The notes: generated by a model from the sequence alone, not told the origin. DNA of 64,000 nt from an uncultured virus (IMG/VR IMGVR_UViG_3300037307_000895) (IMGVR_UViG_3300037307_000895); one strand, 5' to 3'. Shown: positions 29,711-40,533, counted from the first letter of the stretch. Numbers and translations are program-made.

Positions 29711-30406
29711 ATGAAAAAATTTAGTTTACTCGAAAGCTTCAAATATTCAGATGAAGAAATTGAAGATTTTTTTATGGATTATGTAGATGAAAAAAAATTC
29801 ACTTTAGTTTCTGGTTTTCTTACAAAAGATGATAGATTCTTTACAGATGTAGCTAACACTAATAAAACTACACGTAAATGTAAAATGGTAACAATCGAAT
29901 TAGAGGATGTTGCTAATGGTATCCAAAAACCGGGCGGGGGCCGATCATTAAATAGTTTTGAAACAATAGATAAGATATTATCTGAAATTAAAAAATTCTA
30001 TGCTCGTTCTGGTGAATCACCAAACTTCTCCATAGAAACAAGATGGGAAGATATAACAATCACCTTTTTTATAGTTGGTGGTCTTGTTGAAGAAACAGAT
30101 ACTAATATTCAAGATAATATAATTAAGTTCCAAAAAGAACTTTTACAAATTTGTAAAAATAGAGGATACAAAAGAGTTTCGCTTAAAAATAATAATTGGT
30201 GCGAAATAAGAACACCAGTGAGAGATCCTTACAATATTTATTATGGAACTATAAACATTTTTAATCAACTACGAGATGGAAACCTACCAGTTAATGATAG
30301 GAATCAACCACTGATCGATTGGTATCAAAGATTAACAACGGCTGGATTAACTATTGATAGACGTGGAGGAGACCAACAAATTGTAATTAAATTGCGTAAA
30401 ATTTAG
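29711..30406 (+). CDS. Hypothetical protein, N-terminal MKKFSLLESF tag
   Basis: 231 aa directly after TAATATATA (29697). Confidence 0.65.
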   Translation: MKKFSLLESFKYSDEEIEDFFMDYVDEKKFTLVSGFLTKDDRFFTDVANTNKTTRKCKMVTIELEDVANGIQKPGGGRSLNSFETIDKILSEIKKFYARSGESPNFSIETRWEDITITFFIVGGLVEETDTNIQDNIIKFQKELLQICKNRGYKRVSLKNNNWCEIRTPVRDPYNIYYGTINIFNQLRDGNLPVNDRNQPLIDWYQRLTTAGLTIDRRGGDQQIVIKLRKI

Positions 30407-30434
30407 TATCTTTGTAAAAATAGTTATTTAATAT

Positions 30435-31253
30435 ATGAAAATAGAAACTTTTGAATCATTCAATCCCAGAATTAAACGCAAAGATATTAGGCCATACCAG
30501 TTGCATGTTGAGTATGAACACGGAGATGCTGATTTTACAACACATGAAACTTATTCATTTTCGGATAAAGAAGCATTTGATAAGGTTGTAAACTTTTTTT
30601 ATGATATTATGAATTTTGTTCCAAAGTCGGCATATGGAAATCTAGGTCATTTTGACCCATTGCCTGATAAAATTAATGCTGGGTATGATGAAAAAACAAT
30701 AATGTCTGAAATAGAAAAGATTTCCAAAAAATGGGGAGTTAACTATGAAGAATATCTTTTAGGAGACAACCATTATGACCAAGGATACGCTGGAATTGAA
30801 GGCATAAAAGCTACAATAAATGGTGTACCTAAAGTTTTTGTTTTTCAGAAAGCGTTAGAAACAAATAAAATATCTCTTCCGAATATTGGAGACACTATTG
30901 ATGTCAATGTTAATAATATTCCTGGATATGGACCTTCTGTTTTTGGTGGAACTTGGAAAGATTATTTGCCCAACTCTGGTGTAAAAGATTATCAAGTTAA
31001 TAAATTTAAGGCAAAAGTTATTGATTGTGCGATTAATTTTTATCATGATGAAGATAATGAACATTATACCGAGTATACACATATTCCTTATATGCTTCTT
31101 TTAGAAACGGAACAAGATGTTCTTAAACCAAACCATCCTTTAAGTGGAAAAGTAAATAAATTAGTTATGGAAATGAATGGGTGGGATCCCGAATTTGAAA
31201 CCAAATTTAATAAGGATGAATATGATGGTATGAACTACTATTTAGTTTCATAA
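30435..31253 (+). CDS. Hypothetical protein, N-terminal MKIETFESF tag
   Basis: ORF 272 aa. Confidence 0.65.
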   Translation: MKIETFESFNPRIKRKDIRPYQLHVEYEHGDADFTTHETYSFSDKEAFDKVVNFFYDIMNFVPKSAYGNLGHFDPLPDKINAGYDEKTIMSEIEKISKKWGVNYEEYLLGDNHYDQGYAGIEGIKATINGVPKVFVFQKALETNKISLPNIGDTIDVNVNNIPGYGPSVFGGTWKDYLPNSGVKDYQVNKFKAKVIDCAINFYHDEDNEHYTEYTHIPYMLLLETEQDVLKPNHPLSGKVNKLVMEMNGWDPEFETKFNKDEYDGMNYYLVS

Positions 31254-31272
31254 CTGATTGATTTTAAATATA

Positions 31273-31304
31273 TTTGGTGGTTTCAATAATATTTCGTATC
31301 TTTG
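31273..31304 (+). promoter_or_regulatory. Bacteroidota sigma70-type promoter
   Basis: tttg 31273-31276, tatctttg 31297-31304, 20-nt spacer. Confidence 0.75.
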
Positions 31305-31322
31305 TAGAACAAAATCAAAGAT

Positions 31323-31796
31323 ATGACAGGTCACATTCTGCAACATTCAGACGCCATTAAGTTCATTTTCGCTGGTAATTCTACATTTACTGTTCTGAAT
31401 ACTCAGACAGGTAATCGTTTTACTTATAAGGTAAAATTGGCTAAGAATAGTAAAGAAGATAATCCCATTTTCTTTGTCAAAGTTTTGACCAACCCAGATA
31501 TTTATCAGTTCATAGGTAGTATTTCAAAAAACAATTACAAACACTCTCAGAAGTCTAAGATTTCTGTTGAGGCACAATCTGTTAAGGTTTTTCAATATAT
31601 TTTGGTTCACCTGATTAAAGGTGATTTGAATTCTTGTGTTGAAATTTGGCACGAAGGTCGTTGTGGTAAATGTGGTCGTCCTCTTACTGTTCCACAATCT
31701 ATTGAAATTGGTATCGGCCCTGATTGTTTGAAAACTATGATGGATAAGCAAACAATGAGACAAATTAAATTGAATCAACTTTTAAAGGAAAGTTAA
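31323..31796 (+). CDS. DUF6011-like zinc-finger protein with C-terminal RQIKLNQLL tag
   Basis: CGKCGRPLT.P.SI..GIGPDC. Confidence 0.75.
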   Translation: MTGHILQHSDAIKFIFAGNSTFTVLNTQTGNRFTYKVKLAKNSKEDNPIFFVKVLTNPDIYQFIGSISKNNYKHSQKSKISVEAQSVKVFQYILVHLIKGDLNSCVEIWHEGRCGKCGRPLTVPQSIEIGIGPDCLKTMMDKQTMRQIKLNQLLKES

Positions 31797-31797
31797 A

Positions 31798-32061
31798 ATG
31801 GAAATAGGTGATTATATAATTGATGAAGATGGATTCTGTTGTAAAGTAACAGATAAAAGAGAAACCTCTGTTGAGGTTTTTTTGCTAAAGAAAACAGTAA
31901 GTGGAATTAATTGTAAGAATTGGTTTGACAAAAGGGACTTTGAAAAGAGATTTAAATATGGAATTAAAGGCTATTTAAAATTCCTTGACGATAGTAATAA
32001 CGAAACAATCATATTGTATTTTAAAACAAAAGAAATTTTACAAGAAACAAAAATATGGTAA
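31798..32061 (+). CDS. Hypothetical protein
   Basis: ORF 87 aa. Confidence 0.5.
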   Translation: MEIGDYIIDEDGFCCKVTDKRETSVEVFLLKKTVSGINCKNWFDKRDFEKRFKYGIKGYLKFLDDSNNETIILYFKTKEILQETKIW

Positions 32062-32062
32062 T

Positions 32063-32410
32063 ATGACAGTAGAACAACTTGCAAAATACGAACATCCATA
32101 TTATGGAACAGGAACAATGGGTGAAAGATATGCGGACTTTGATCAATTTTATAATGAAATGAGTGATTATGATGTTGATTTGAACCTTTGTTATCGATGG
32201 GATGTTATTAAACATGATGATGGTACATATTCTTTGACTGTATTTACTATTCAACAAAGAAAAGGACGAATTGTTGAACACACTATTGATAAATTTACTG
32301 ATTCTGATATCCCTCTTTTCTTTGAATATCTGAAAGGTCATATGAAAACGATTAAGAATATGTGGATGCCTTTCGATTTATATGATGGAGATTTAACTAC
32401 ACAAAAATAA
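32063..32410 (+). CDS. Hypothetical phage protein
   Basis: In-frame ATG at 32063; HPYY...DLN...RWD...QRKG. Confidence 0.6.
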   Translation: MTVEQLAKYEHPYYGTGTMGERYADFDQFYNEMSDYDVDLNLCYRWDVIKHDDGTYSLTVFTIQQRKGRIVEHTIDKFTDSDIPLFFEYLKGHMKTIKNMWMPFDLYDGDLTTQK

Positions 32411-32415
32411 TTAAT

Positions 32416-32808
32416 ATGAAAAATGTATATGTAACCAAAACCTTGATAGGTAATGATAACCAATCCGAGTTGGACTTTGTTCTTTATGATGAATTTGGAT
32501 TTAGTTATAACGATATTAGTGATCGATTTGTTGAAATAGAAAAGGTGAAGGGATATTACGCCAACTCTACACCTATCAAGATTGACGATATGATTAGTAT
32601 TCTTCAATCACTGAAGCAAAAAGGATCAACACACGTTCAAATCGAAGACCACTGTGACCATCACGGGTATGATATATCAGGTTTTGAAATCCGTCTTTCA
32701 ACAAATGAAGAAATTGAAGATTATGAATCAAAGAGAAAGATTGAACGAGAGAAGAATGAGAAGATAAAACTTTTACAGGAAGAAATTAATAAAATTAAAG
32801 TATCCTAA
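32416..32808 (+). CDS. Hypothetical protein
   Basis: ORF 130 aa. Confidence 0.6.
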   Translation: MKNVYVTKTLIGNDNQSELDFVLYDEFGFSYNDISDRFVEIEKVKGYYANSTPIKIDDMISILQSLKQKGSTHVQIEDHCDHHGYDISGFEIRLSTNEEIEDYESKRKIEREKNEKIKLLQEEINKIKVS

Positions 32809-33278
32809 TGTTTCCTTTAAAAAAATATAATCACAATGTACCATCACCATATGTTGATCCTGGTGGTTTTGGGACACCAAGGAGACACGATGTTCACACC
32901 GGAGTAGACTTATACTGCGAAAATGGAGATGATGTCCTGGCAATCGAGGACGGTGTTGTGGTCGATATTGTAAAATTTACTGGTTTTGATGAAAGTCCAT
33001 GGTGGGAAGACACATGGGCTATTGTTATTTATGGAAATAGTGGATATATTCTCTATGGTGAACTAACCACTAAACTTAAAATTGCAGATTATGTAAAAGA
33101 AGGTGATATTATTGGTAATGTAAAAAGAGTATTGAAAGTAGATAAAGGTAAAAATCCACCATCAATGTTACATATGGAATTATATAGTGAGTATTCCGAA
33201 CCTGTTTGGTGGAAAGATGAACAACCAAAAGAATTAAAAAATATAACTGATTTATTATGCAAACAGCTTATCAATTAA
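32808..33278 (+). CDS. M23 family metallopeptidase
   Basis: FG..R...HTGVD (HxxxD), A..DGVV, V..G..IG, MLHME. Confidence 0.8.
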   Translation: MFPLKKYNHNVPSPYVDPGGFGTPRRHDVHTGVDLYCENGDDVLAIEDGVVVDIVKFTGFDESPWWEDTWAIVIYGNSGYILYGELTTKLKIADYVKEGDIIGNVKRVLKVDKGKNPPSMLHMELYSEYSEPVWWKDEQPKELKNITDLLCKQLIN

Positions 33279-33730
33279 TTAAAGATATTTACAGTGATAA
33301 AACTGCAAATAGAAGCAAAGTTCCACTCATTAGCCATATTGATGAAGGACTTAAAATCTTAGACTTTATAGGTGCTTCTGATATCGTTAAATCTGCTTAT
33401 TGTTTACACCCAATCCTTCAAAGCGATATTGACTTTGTGAACAACAAAGGAATGAATTTCAGTGGAGTTGAAACTGAGGCTATTATTTTAACCATGGAAT
33501 ATCGAAGGGTGGCAAATAGTTATCTCTCACATAATAAACCAGAAGAATTTGTTGGATTTTCTTGTGATGAAGTTAAACAAATGTTGATTGCTGATAAAGT
33601 TCAAAATTATAAAGATTTTCTTATCTATCATTCACAAACACACCCAAGAAAAGAAGAATTAGATTATTACTTCAATAAGTGGTTTCAACTGTTGGAAATT
33701 GATTATAATCAAATTGTAAAAAGTATTTAA
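33257..33730 (+). CDS. HD-domain-like phage protein
   Basis: P...HIDEG...AYCLHP...LIADKVQN. Confidence 0.55.
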   Translation: MQTAYQLIKDIYSDKTANRSKVPLISHIDEGLKILDFIGASDIVKSAYCLHPILQSDIDFVNNKGMNFSGVETEAIILTMEYRRVANSYLSHNKPEEFVGFSCDEVKQMLIADKVQNYKDFLIYHSQTHPRKEELDYYFNKWFQLLEIDYNQIVKSI

Positions 33731-33731
33731 T

Positions 33732-34097
33732 ATGAGACAAGAAATAAAGAAATTATTGGAAATGGGTTCTACAATAAAGGCACCCTATAAAACTAAAATT
33801 AATGAGTGGTTTGCTGAGGTTAGCATTACTAAATTATGGGATGAATATGATCAGAAGACTACATATTTTATATCACCTTTTGCTCATAATTTTACTGATA
33901 TAGATGAAGCAGTAGATAAATTTATTTCATATGCTTATTCACCTAAAAATTACGGATATATTCAAATTAGATTAACTAACAGAGGAAATCCGCCTTTTGA
34001 CGAATACGATATTGAAAATCCTAGTAAAAAATTAAAAAAAATCTTTGAAGATGAATCAAAGATTGTAGAGGAAGAATATTCACAACTTTTAAATTAA
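33732..34097 (+). CDS. Hypothetical protein
   Basis: ORF 121 aa. Confidence 0.55.
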   Translation: MRQEIKKLLEMGSTIKAPYKTKINEWFAEVSITKLWDEYDQKTTYFISPFAHNFTDIDEAVDKFISYAYSPKNYGYIQIRLTNRGNPPFDEYDIENPSKKLKKIFEDESKIVEEEYSQLLN

Positions 34098-34103
34098 TTT
34101 AAT

Positions 34104-34418
34104 ATGGCAATAGGAATTGGACTACATTGTTGGTATTGTGAACACGGTCCTTGCAACGGAGATTGCAATAAAGATAAAATGATGGCAACTGGTTTGAAAA
34201 CTAAATCACAGAAAAGAGAAGAAAGAATTGATTTATTAACTGATATCAAATTTAAGAATGATTCAGAAAAAATTGAAGAATTAAAAACTTGCCTTGAGAG
34301 CTCATACGACTTGTTACAAAATGCCGATAAGATGGAAGATGTATATGATATAGTTAAAACACTAATTATAGATACACTCGAATCATATCGAAAGGGTGAT
34401 AAATTTATGACATTATAA
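34104..34418 (+). CDS. Hypothetical protein with N-terminal Cys cluster
   Basis: CWYC...C...C; internal REERIDLL. Confidence 0.55.
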   Translation: MAIGIGLHCWYCEHGPCNGDCNKDKMMATGLKTKSQKREERIDLLTDIKFKNDSEKIEELKTCLESSYDLLQNADKMEDVYDIVKTLIIDTLESYRKGDKFMTL

Positions 34419-34464
34419 CTTGGTAATGTCAATATTTATTTGTATACTTGTGTAAATCATAAAT

Positions 34465-34737
34465 ATGCAAAAACAGTTAGCCGATTTAATGCGGGAATAT
34501 CATTCAGGATTTGTCAATTCACAAATCGATTTAAAAAAAGTTAAGACTGCTAAATTGATAGGAGACAATTTTATATTCATTGAAATGGAGAATGGTAATT
34601 CAAGAATATTCCGACTTGAAGATAATAAGGTATCTATATATGGAGCAAGAGAAGTATTACATCCTGATTTTTTACATATTTTTAAGTCTATATTTAGAGA
34701 TGCAAGGATAAGTTCACTAATTGAAGAAGAGATATGA
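34465..34737 (+). CDS. Hypothetical protein, C-terminal RDARISSLI tag
   Basis: ORF 90 aa. Confidence 0.55.
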   Translation: MQKQLADLMREYHSGFVNSQIDLKKVKTAKLIGDNFIFIEMENGNSRIFRLEDNKVSIYGAREVLHPDFLHIFKSIFRDARISSLIEEEI

Positions 34738-35122
34738 ACTACCAAGAAACATTCCTCCAGGTAGTTTGCATAACTTTTCCGAAGAACTTTTAGAATTAAA
34801 CGAAAGATACATCTTCCTAAAAGGATGGTGTGATGTTATTGATAAAACAGTCAAGGATAATAACTATTGGATAATCTTGGGGAAATCAGTAGATGATATG
34901 ATCAAAGAATACTTTGATAATTCTGAATTTGAATATCCTGATGGTGAATATGAATATGATATTTGTGTCAGAATAACACCAACCTATTTTGATGATATGG
35001 GTAGAATCACCGAACAATCATATTTAGAACCTGAATATGAGAAATTTACCTTGATACAAACCATCGAACAAAGAGAAAGAGATAAATCAATTGATACAAT
35101 TTTAGACCTAAATTTTATATAA
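34721..35122 (+). CDS. Hypothetical protein, C-terminal RDKSIDTIL tag
   Basis: ORF 133 aa. Confidence 0.55.
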   Translation: MKKRYELPRNIPPGSLHNFSEELLELNERYIFLKGWCDVIDKTVKDNNYWIILGKSVDDMIKEYFDNSEFEYPDGEYEYDICVRITPTYFDDMGRITEQSYLEPEYEKFTLIQTIEQRERDKSIDTILDLNFI

Positions 35123-36566
35123 TTTCTACCGGATACCCCCATAAATATTCTATATAAGGAATTACTTTTTCTTTATTTAGAATGCCTTTATTATCTAATG
35201 GAGTATATTTAAGTGTTAATTTTCTATCACCGAATAAATCAACATTAACTATTTGTATATCCGGCACATAATAACTTCTATTATATTGCTTAGATAATTG
35301 TTCTCTTATAATCTTGTATCCATTGTCATTATGTATATGTTTAACTAAATAATGATCTTTCTTTTCATCATCATTTAATGTGAATAATTTCATATTTCTA
35401 ATTACATTAGGAGATAAATATTGATGTATAAAAGTATCATCTTTAAAGTTCTCAACAATATATAAAATAGTCTCTTTCCAATTTTTATTACCAGCAATAT
35501 AAGGAAACCATTTTTTATCTTCTTCTGTTGGATCAATCGACATTCTTTTTACGTCTTTAAGAATATTAAATCCTAATGTATAAGGATTAATTCCACTATA
35601 ATACTTACTATCAAAGTCAGGTTGATATATTACATTTGAATGATGATGAAAAAATTCTAACATAAATGAATCACTCAAATAATCATCATCAAACATCTTA
35701 TTAATGATTTCATAGTGTGCAAAGGTAGCTATCCCTTCATTAAGGACCTTAGTTTGCGCTTGAGGATAAAAATATTGTGATATCTTTCTAACTATTCTTA
35801 TTATTTCTCGCTGCCATTCTTTTAATTTTGGAGAATTTTTTTCAATAAAATAAAGTATATTTTCCTCTGGTTGTTCTGGAAAACTAATTTGTGTGGTTAT
35901 TCTATTGTCATTTTGTTGTGGAAGTGTTTTCCATATTTCTGTCAATAAAATTCTATCATCATCAATTTTAGAAGATAATCTTTCCTTTTCTTCAATAGTT
36001 GATATTTTACTTGGTTTTTTATATTTATCAACACCATATTCCATTAGTGAGTGACAAGAATCAAGCATTAATTCCACCTCTTCATATCCATATTTTAGTT
36101 CACAATTTCTAATATAATTTTTAGCAAATATCATGTAATCGATGATAGAATCAGCATGTGTCCATTGTTTGAATAAATAATTATTTTTGAAATAATGATT
36201 ATGTCCTTGCACATGAGCATAAACGAGAGTCATCAAACAAGTATTATTTGTTTCCAAATTATAAGAGATACATGGATTGGAATTTATAACCATTTCATAA
36301 GAAAGACCCATTCTTCCTTTTTTGTACATATTTTCATTTGAAATAAAATCTCTCCCAAATTTCCAATGGTCATAAGAAAGTGGTAGGCCAATTAACGAGT
36401 AAGCATCTAATAATTGTTCGTATGTTACAATTTCAAATTGATTAGGATATACATCTAATCCTAAATGACTTATTGAAATATCATCTATAATTTCACTAAA
36501 AGTAATTATAGTATCTTCGTTCCATTCGGAATTATCTAATATTTTTTTTACTTCATCTTTACTCAT
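35115..36566 (-). CDS. spoVR: SpoVR/YcgB family protein
   Basis: GLP.SY.HW.FG, YEMVINSNPCISY, AHV.GHNH.FKNN, YFYPQ.QTKVLNEG.A, NPY.LG, LWGYPVE. Confidence 0.92.
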   Translation of the reverse strand: MSKDEVKKILDNSEWNEDTIITFSEIIDDISISHLGLDVYPNQFEIVTYEQLLDAYSLIGLPLSYDHWKFGRDFISNENMYKKGRMGLSYEMVINSNPCISYNLETNNTCLMTLVYAHVQGHNHYFKNNYLFKQWTHADSIIDYMIFAKNYIRNCELKYGYEEVELMLDSCHSLMEYGVDKYKKPSKISTIEEKERLSSKIDDDRILLTEIWKTLPQQNDNRITTQISFPEQPEENILYFIEKNSPKLKEWQREIIRIVRKISQYFYPQAQTKVLNEGIATFAHYEIINKMFDDDYLSDSFMLEFFHHHSNVIYQPDFDSKYYSGINPYTLGFNILKDVKRMSIDPTEEDKKWFPYIAGNKNWKETILYIVENFKDDTFIHQYLSPNVIRNMKLFTLNDDEKKDHYLVKHIHNDNGYKIIREQLSKQYNRSYYVPDIQIVNVDLFGDRKLTLKYTPLDNKGILNKEKVIPYIEYLWGYPVEII

Positions 36567-37822
36567 TTAGTTTCTTTATTTTTGGAAAAAAATCTAGTGA
36601 ATAATGGCCATATACCATTTAATTTTTTAATTATCCCATAATCAAAATTTTTATTACTTATCCTTTCATAGGAATTCATTAGACCGCTGGTATCAAGCAT
36701 GTCAGATACTTCAACATACCAAGCCCATTGTATTTGAGATAATATTTCTTTTAACAGTTTTTTTGATAGTGTTGCATCTGATTTATCCCATACATCACCA
36801 TCTGATATTTGTGTTAAATAAATATTATGCTCATTAGTAGAATATCTTTTATTTATTATTTCTTTAGCTAATTTTAAGGCATTACTAACAATTGTTCCCC
36901 CTGTTTCTTTAGAATTGAAAAATTCTTCCTCGTCAACTTCCTTCGCCTCAGTGTGATGTCTGATATAAACAATTTCTATCTTTTCATATTGTTTATTTAA
37001 AAACAAATATAATAACATAAAAAATCTTTTCGCAATATCTTTATGAAACTCAGTCATACTACCTGAAACATCCATTATGCATATCATAACTGCTGATGTT
37101 ATTGGGTAAGGTTTTTGTTCGTAGTTATTATATTTTAAATCTATATCATCCATAAATGGTATAGATTTCTTCATTTTAATGAATTTATCTAATTCTTTTT
37201 TGAGTTCTTCTAATTTAGATTCATCAGTTTCTTTAGATATTTTTTCCTCTATTTCTTTTATTTTTTTATCAAAAAATAAAATTGTGGCCATTTTTCTAAT
37301 TAAAGAGTTTTCATAAGACTTTGTTACACTTAATCTATTTGGTGTTCCTTGGTTTGAATAGCCAGATTTTTTTAATTTGTTCTTAGTTATTGTATTAAAA
37401 TGCTTTTTAACTAAATCGGGTAACTCTAAATCTTCGAAAAAATAATCCAAAAACTCATCTTTATTTATTGTTATTGTAAATTCATCTTCTGATATTTCTC
37501 CACCATTTGAAGCTCCTTTACCAGATCCCTTACCCTTACCTTTTTCTTTTTTGATCTTATCTCCTTCAGAGAATTCTTTATTTCCTGGTAATATAATATC
37601 ATTTTCACCACTTTTTCTGTCATATTGAAAATGCGGATCATCTATCCTTTTTATGGGAACCTTTATTTTATCATTAGAAACTATATCTTTTATATCAGTA
37701 TTTTTAATAATTCCAGGTAAAGCTTCTTTTATTTGATTTTTTACTCTATTTAAAAATCTTTGTCTGTTTTCAGAAGATTTTCCTTTACTATTATTTCTTC
37801 TATCAAGAATATTTATTCCCAT
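36563..37822 (-). CDS. yeaH: YeaH/YhbH (DUF444) vWA-like protein
   Basis: DRR...KS.ENRQRF, PGNKEF..GD, FEDLELP, MDVSGSM, IRHHTEAKEVDE..FF...ETGGT, SDGD. Confidence 0.92.
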   Translation of the reverse strand: MGINILDRRNNSKGKSSENRQRFLNRVKNQIKEALPGIIKNTDIKDIVSNDKIKVPIKRIDDPHFQYDRKSGENDIILPGNKEFSEGDKIKKEKGKGKGSGKGASNGGEISEDEFTITINKDEFLDYFFEDLELPDLVKKHFNTITKNKLKKSGYSNQGTPNRLSVTKSYENSLIRKMATILFFDKKIKEIEEKISKETDESKLEELKKELDKFIKMKKSIPFMDDIDLKYNNYEQKPYPITSAVMICIMDVSGSMTEFHKDIAKRFFMLLYLFLNKQYEKIEIVYIRHHTEAKEVDEEEFFNSKETGGTIVSNALKLAKEIINKRYSTNEHNIYLTQISDGDVWDKSDATLSKKLLKEILSQIQWAWYVEVSDMLDTSGLMNSYERISNKNFDYGIIKKLNGIWPLFTRFFSKNKETK

Positions 37823-37825
37823 TTA

Positions 37826-39757
37826 TTAATTTGAATTTTTTCTAATCCTTAAGAACCATTCAGTTAAAAGCTTTATTTGCTTAATAGTATATCCTCTTTT
37901 TTTCATCCTTTCTACAAAATCATTGTGTTTTTTCTCTTCTTCTTTGGAAGCTTTTGTATTAAAAGAAATAACAGGTATTAAATCTTCTGTTTTTGAGAAA
38001 ATTCTTTTCTCAATTACATTTCTTATTTTTTCATATGAATCCCATGTTGGTGATTCCCCATTTTTGGCTTTGTGTCTTAGATAGAATTGAACAATATCAT
38101 TCCTGAAATCTTTTGGATTTGCTATACCCGCAGTTTTTTCCATTTTTTCTAATTCATCATTTAATAATTTTCTATCAAATTGTTGCCCAGTATCTGGATC
38201 TCTGAAATCATTATCTTGACACCAATGGTCCGCATATGTGACATATCTTTCAAATAAATTCTGGCCATATTCATAGTATGAGTCTACATAAGCTTTTTGA
38301 ATTTCATCTGCTATGAATTCCGCATATTTAGGAACTATATTAGATTTTAAAATATTAAGGTAATATTCTTCAGTTTCTTTATGCAACTGCAATTTCATTA
38401 TTTCTTGCTCTAAAATATAGAATAAATGAACTGGGTTAGCAGCTACTTCTTCATTGTCATAATTAAATACTTTTGATAGTACTTTAAATGCAAATCTTGT
38501 TGATATACCAGCCATGCCTTCACTTACACCAGCATCATCTTTATATTCTTGTAGTGATTTTGACTTTAAATCCACTTCTTTCAAATTTTCACCATTATAA
38601 ACTCTCATCTTAGAAAATAAAGATGAATTTTCGGTTGGTTTAAGTCTTGTCATTACACAAAATTGAGCTAATAACTCTAATGTTAATGGGGAACAAACAC
38701 ATTTTGATAAAGATGATTCTCTTAGTAATTTTTTATATATCATAACTTCTTCATCAACTCTAAGACAATATGGAACTCTTACTATATTTACTCTATCTAA
38801 GAAAGCCTCATTTTTTTTATCATTAGAGAAAGTTTCCCATTCTGATTCATTCGAGTGTGCTAATATTATACCTTGGAAAGGTATTGGAGGCAAATTTTCT
38901 GTACCATTATAATTACCTTCTTGTGTTGCAGTTAATAGAGGGTGTAATATTTTAATAGGGGCTTTGAACATTTCAACAAATTCCATTATACCCTGATTTG
39001 ATTTACATAAAGATCCTGAATAGTTATAAGCATCTGCATCATTTTGTGGGAATTCTGCCAATTTTCTAATATCAATTTTACCAACTAATGATGATATATC
39101 TTGATTATTTTCATCACCAGGTTCTGTTTTGGATATTCCAATCTGTGATGATATTGATAATTTAATTCTTCTAACCTTAAATTTAGAAATATCTCCGTTA
39201 AATTCATCTAATCTTTTCGTTGCCCATGGTGATGGACAAGATGGAACATATCTTTTTGGAATTCCATATTCTTCTTCTAATTTATCTTTATAAGATGAAA
39301 AAAGACCTAAAGGACTTTCCCATACTGGAGAAATATCATTATTTGCTACTAAAACATAAATATATGTTTTTTCCATTAATTGCTTAAGTCTTTCAGATAT
39401 AGAGCTTTTACCACCACCCACAGGACCTAATAAGTATAATATTTGTTTCTTTTCTTCTAATCCTTGTGCGGCATGTTTAAAAAAGGATACAATTTGTTCT
39501 ATCGTATCTTCCATCCCATAAAATTCTGAAAATGCTGGGTACCTTTTAATTAGTCTATTAGAATAAATTCTTCTGAGTCTATCATCTAATTTTGTGTCAA
39601 TTAATTCTGGTTCCCCTATAGATTCTAACATTCTTTCGTGAGGACTCATATAATGTTTTTTATCTTCAGAACATAGTTTTAAATATTCTTCGATACTTAT
39701 ATCCTCATTTTTTAAATTAAAGTCCTTTTTTATTTCTTTAAATAAACTCATAATCAA
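37826..39757 (-). CDS. prkA: PrkA/YeaG family AAA+ serine protein kinase
   Basis: AAQGLEEKKQILYLLGPVGGGKSS, EPGDENNQDIS.LVGK, EFVEMFKAPIK.LHPLLTATQEGNY, AHSNESEW, NEAFLDR. Confidence 0.95.
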   Translation of the reverse strand: MIMSLFKEIKKDFNLKNEDISIEEYLKLCSEDKKHYMSPHERMLESIGEPELIDTKLDDRLRRIYSNRLIKRYPAFSEFYGMEDTIEQIVSFFKHAAQGLEEKKQILYLLGPVGGGKSSISERLKQLMEKTYIYVLVANNDISPVWESPLGLFSSYKDKLEEEYGIPKRYVPSCPSPWATKRLDEFNGDISKFKVRRIKLSISSQIGISKTEPGDENNQDISSLVGKIDIRKLAEFPQNDADAYNYSGSLCKSNQGIMEFVEMFKAPIKILHPLLTATQEGNYNGTENLPPIPFQGIILAHSNESEWETFSNDKKNEAFLDRVNIVRVPYCLRVDEEVMIYKKLLRESSLSKCVCSPLTLELLAQFCVMTRLKPTENSSLFSKMRVYNGENLKEVDLKSKSLQEYKDDAGVSEGMAGISTRFAFKVLSKVFNYDNEEVAANPVHLFYILEQEIMKLQLHKETEEYYLNILKSNIVPKYAEFIADEIQKAYVDSYYEYGQNLFERYVTYADHWCQDNDFRDPDTGQQFDRKLLNDELEKMEKTAGIANPKDFRNDIVQFYLRHKAKNGESPTWDSYEKIRNVIEKRIFSKTEDLIPVISFNTKASKEEEKKHNDFVERMKKRGYTIKQIKLLTEWFLRIRKNSN

Positions 39758-39825
39758 CTTATTATTTTTATATTTTAGTTAAATCAGTTTGGTTTGTTTT
39801 ATATATAATAAAAATAAATCTATAT

Positions 39826-40065
39826 ATGGAAATAACATTTCAAACCCCAAAAAGATTAGTTATAAGACCCGAAGAGTCATTTAGTGCTAGCACAATAACA
39901 ATTAGCCAAATGATTGATTTTCCAAATCAAAGAAAAGTTATGATAGTTATATCTGAAATAAATCATAGCATTACACTTTGGGAAGGTGAAGAATATGATA
40001 ATATAGGACAATGGACTGATCAAGATGTGATTAATAAAATAAATGAATTATTCCAAACTATTTAA
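39826..40065 (+). CDS. Hypothetical protein
   Basis: 79 aa, LWEGEEYD.IGQWTD. Confidence 0.6.
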   Translation: MEITFQTPKRLVIRPEESFSASTITISQMIDFPNQRKVMIVISEINHSITLWEGEEYDNIGQWTDQDVINKINELFQTI

Positions 40066-40090
40066 TTATATTTGTATAAATTTTATATAA

Positions 40091-40516
40091 ATGATTTCAT
40101 TTTTTATAACAATGTCATCAATGATATTTGTTTTTTTGTATGCAATTCAATCACGAAATAGAGAGTACATATCTTACCATTTGAAAAAAGGAATGAAATG
40201 CTATTCGTGTAAATCAGATATCGAATCCGTGATGTATGATTTTTCTGACGCAGAAAATTATCGACAGTGCAAATCTTGTTATAGGGAGTCACAATTAAAT
40301 TCAGTTTTGAAAAAGCCTTTCATTAGCAAACGATTTATTATTTCTAACAAATTTAGTATGATTGGTTTGGGTTGTAATATGATATCAGCCTCGCTTAATT
40401 TATTATCAATTAGTGTTTGGAAGCCATTGGGTATTATTGGATCTTTATTCTTATTTATGGGAATGACAATTTTTTATATTCATTATATATCCATATCAAA
40501 AAAGATTGATAAATAA
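40091..40516 (+). CDS. Membrane protein with CxxC...CxxC and internal RESQLNSVL motif
   Basis: Three hydrophobic segments. Confidence 0.55.
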   Translation: MISFFITMSSMIFVFLYAIQSRNREYISYHLKKGMKCYSCKSDIESVMYDFSDAENYRQCKSCYRESQLNSVLKKPFISKRFIISNKFSMIGLGCNMISASLNLLSISVWKPLGIIGSLFLFMGMTIFYIHYISISKKIDK

Positions 40517-40533
40517 ATCAAATAGTTTTTATT

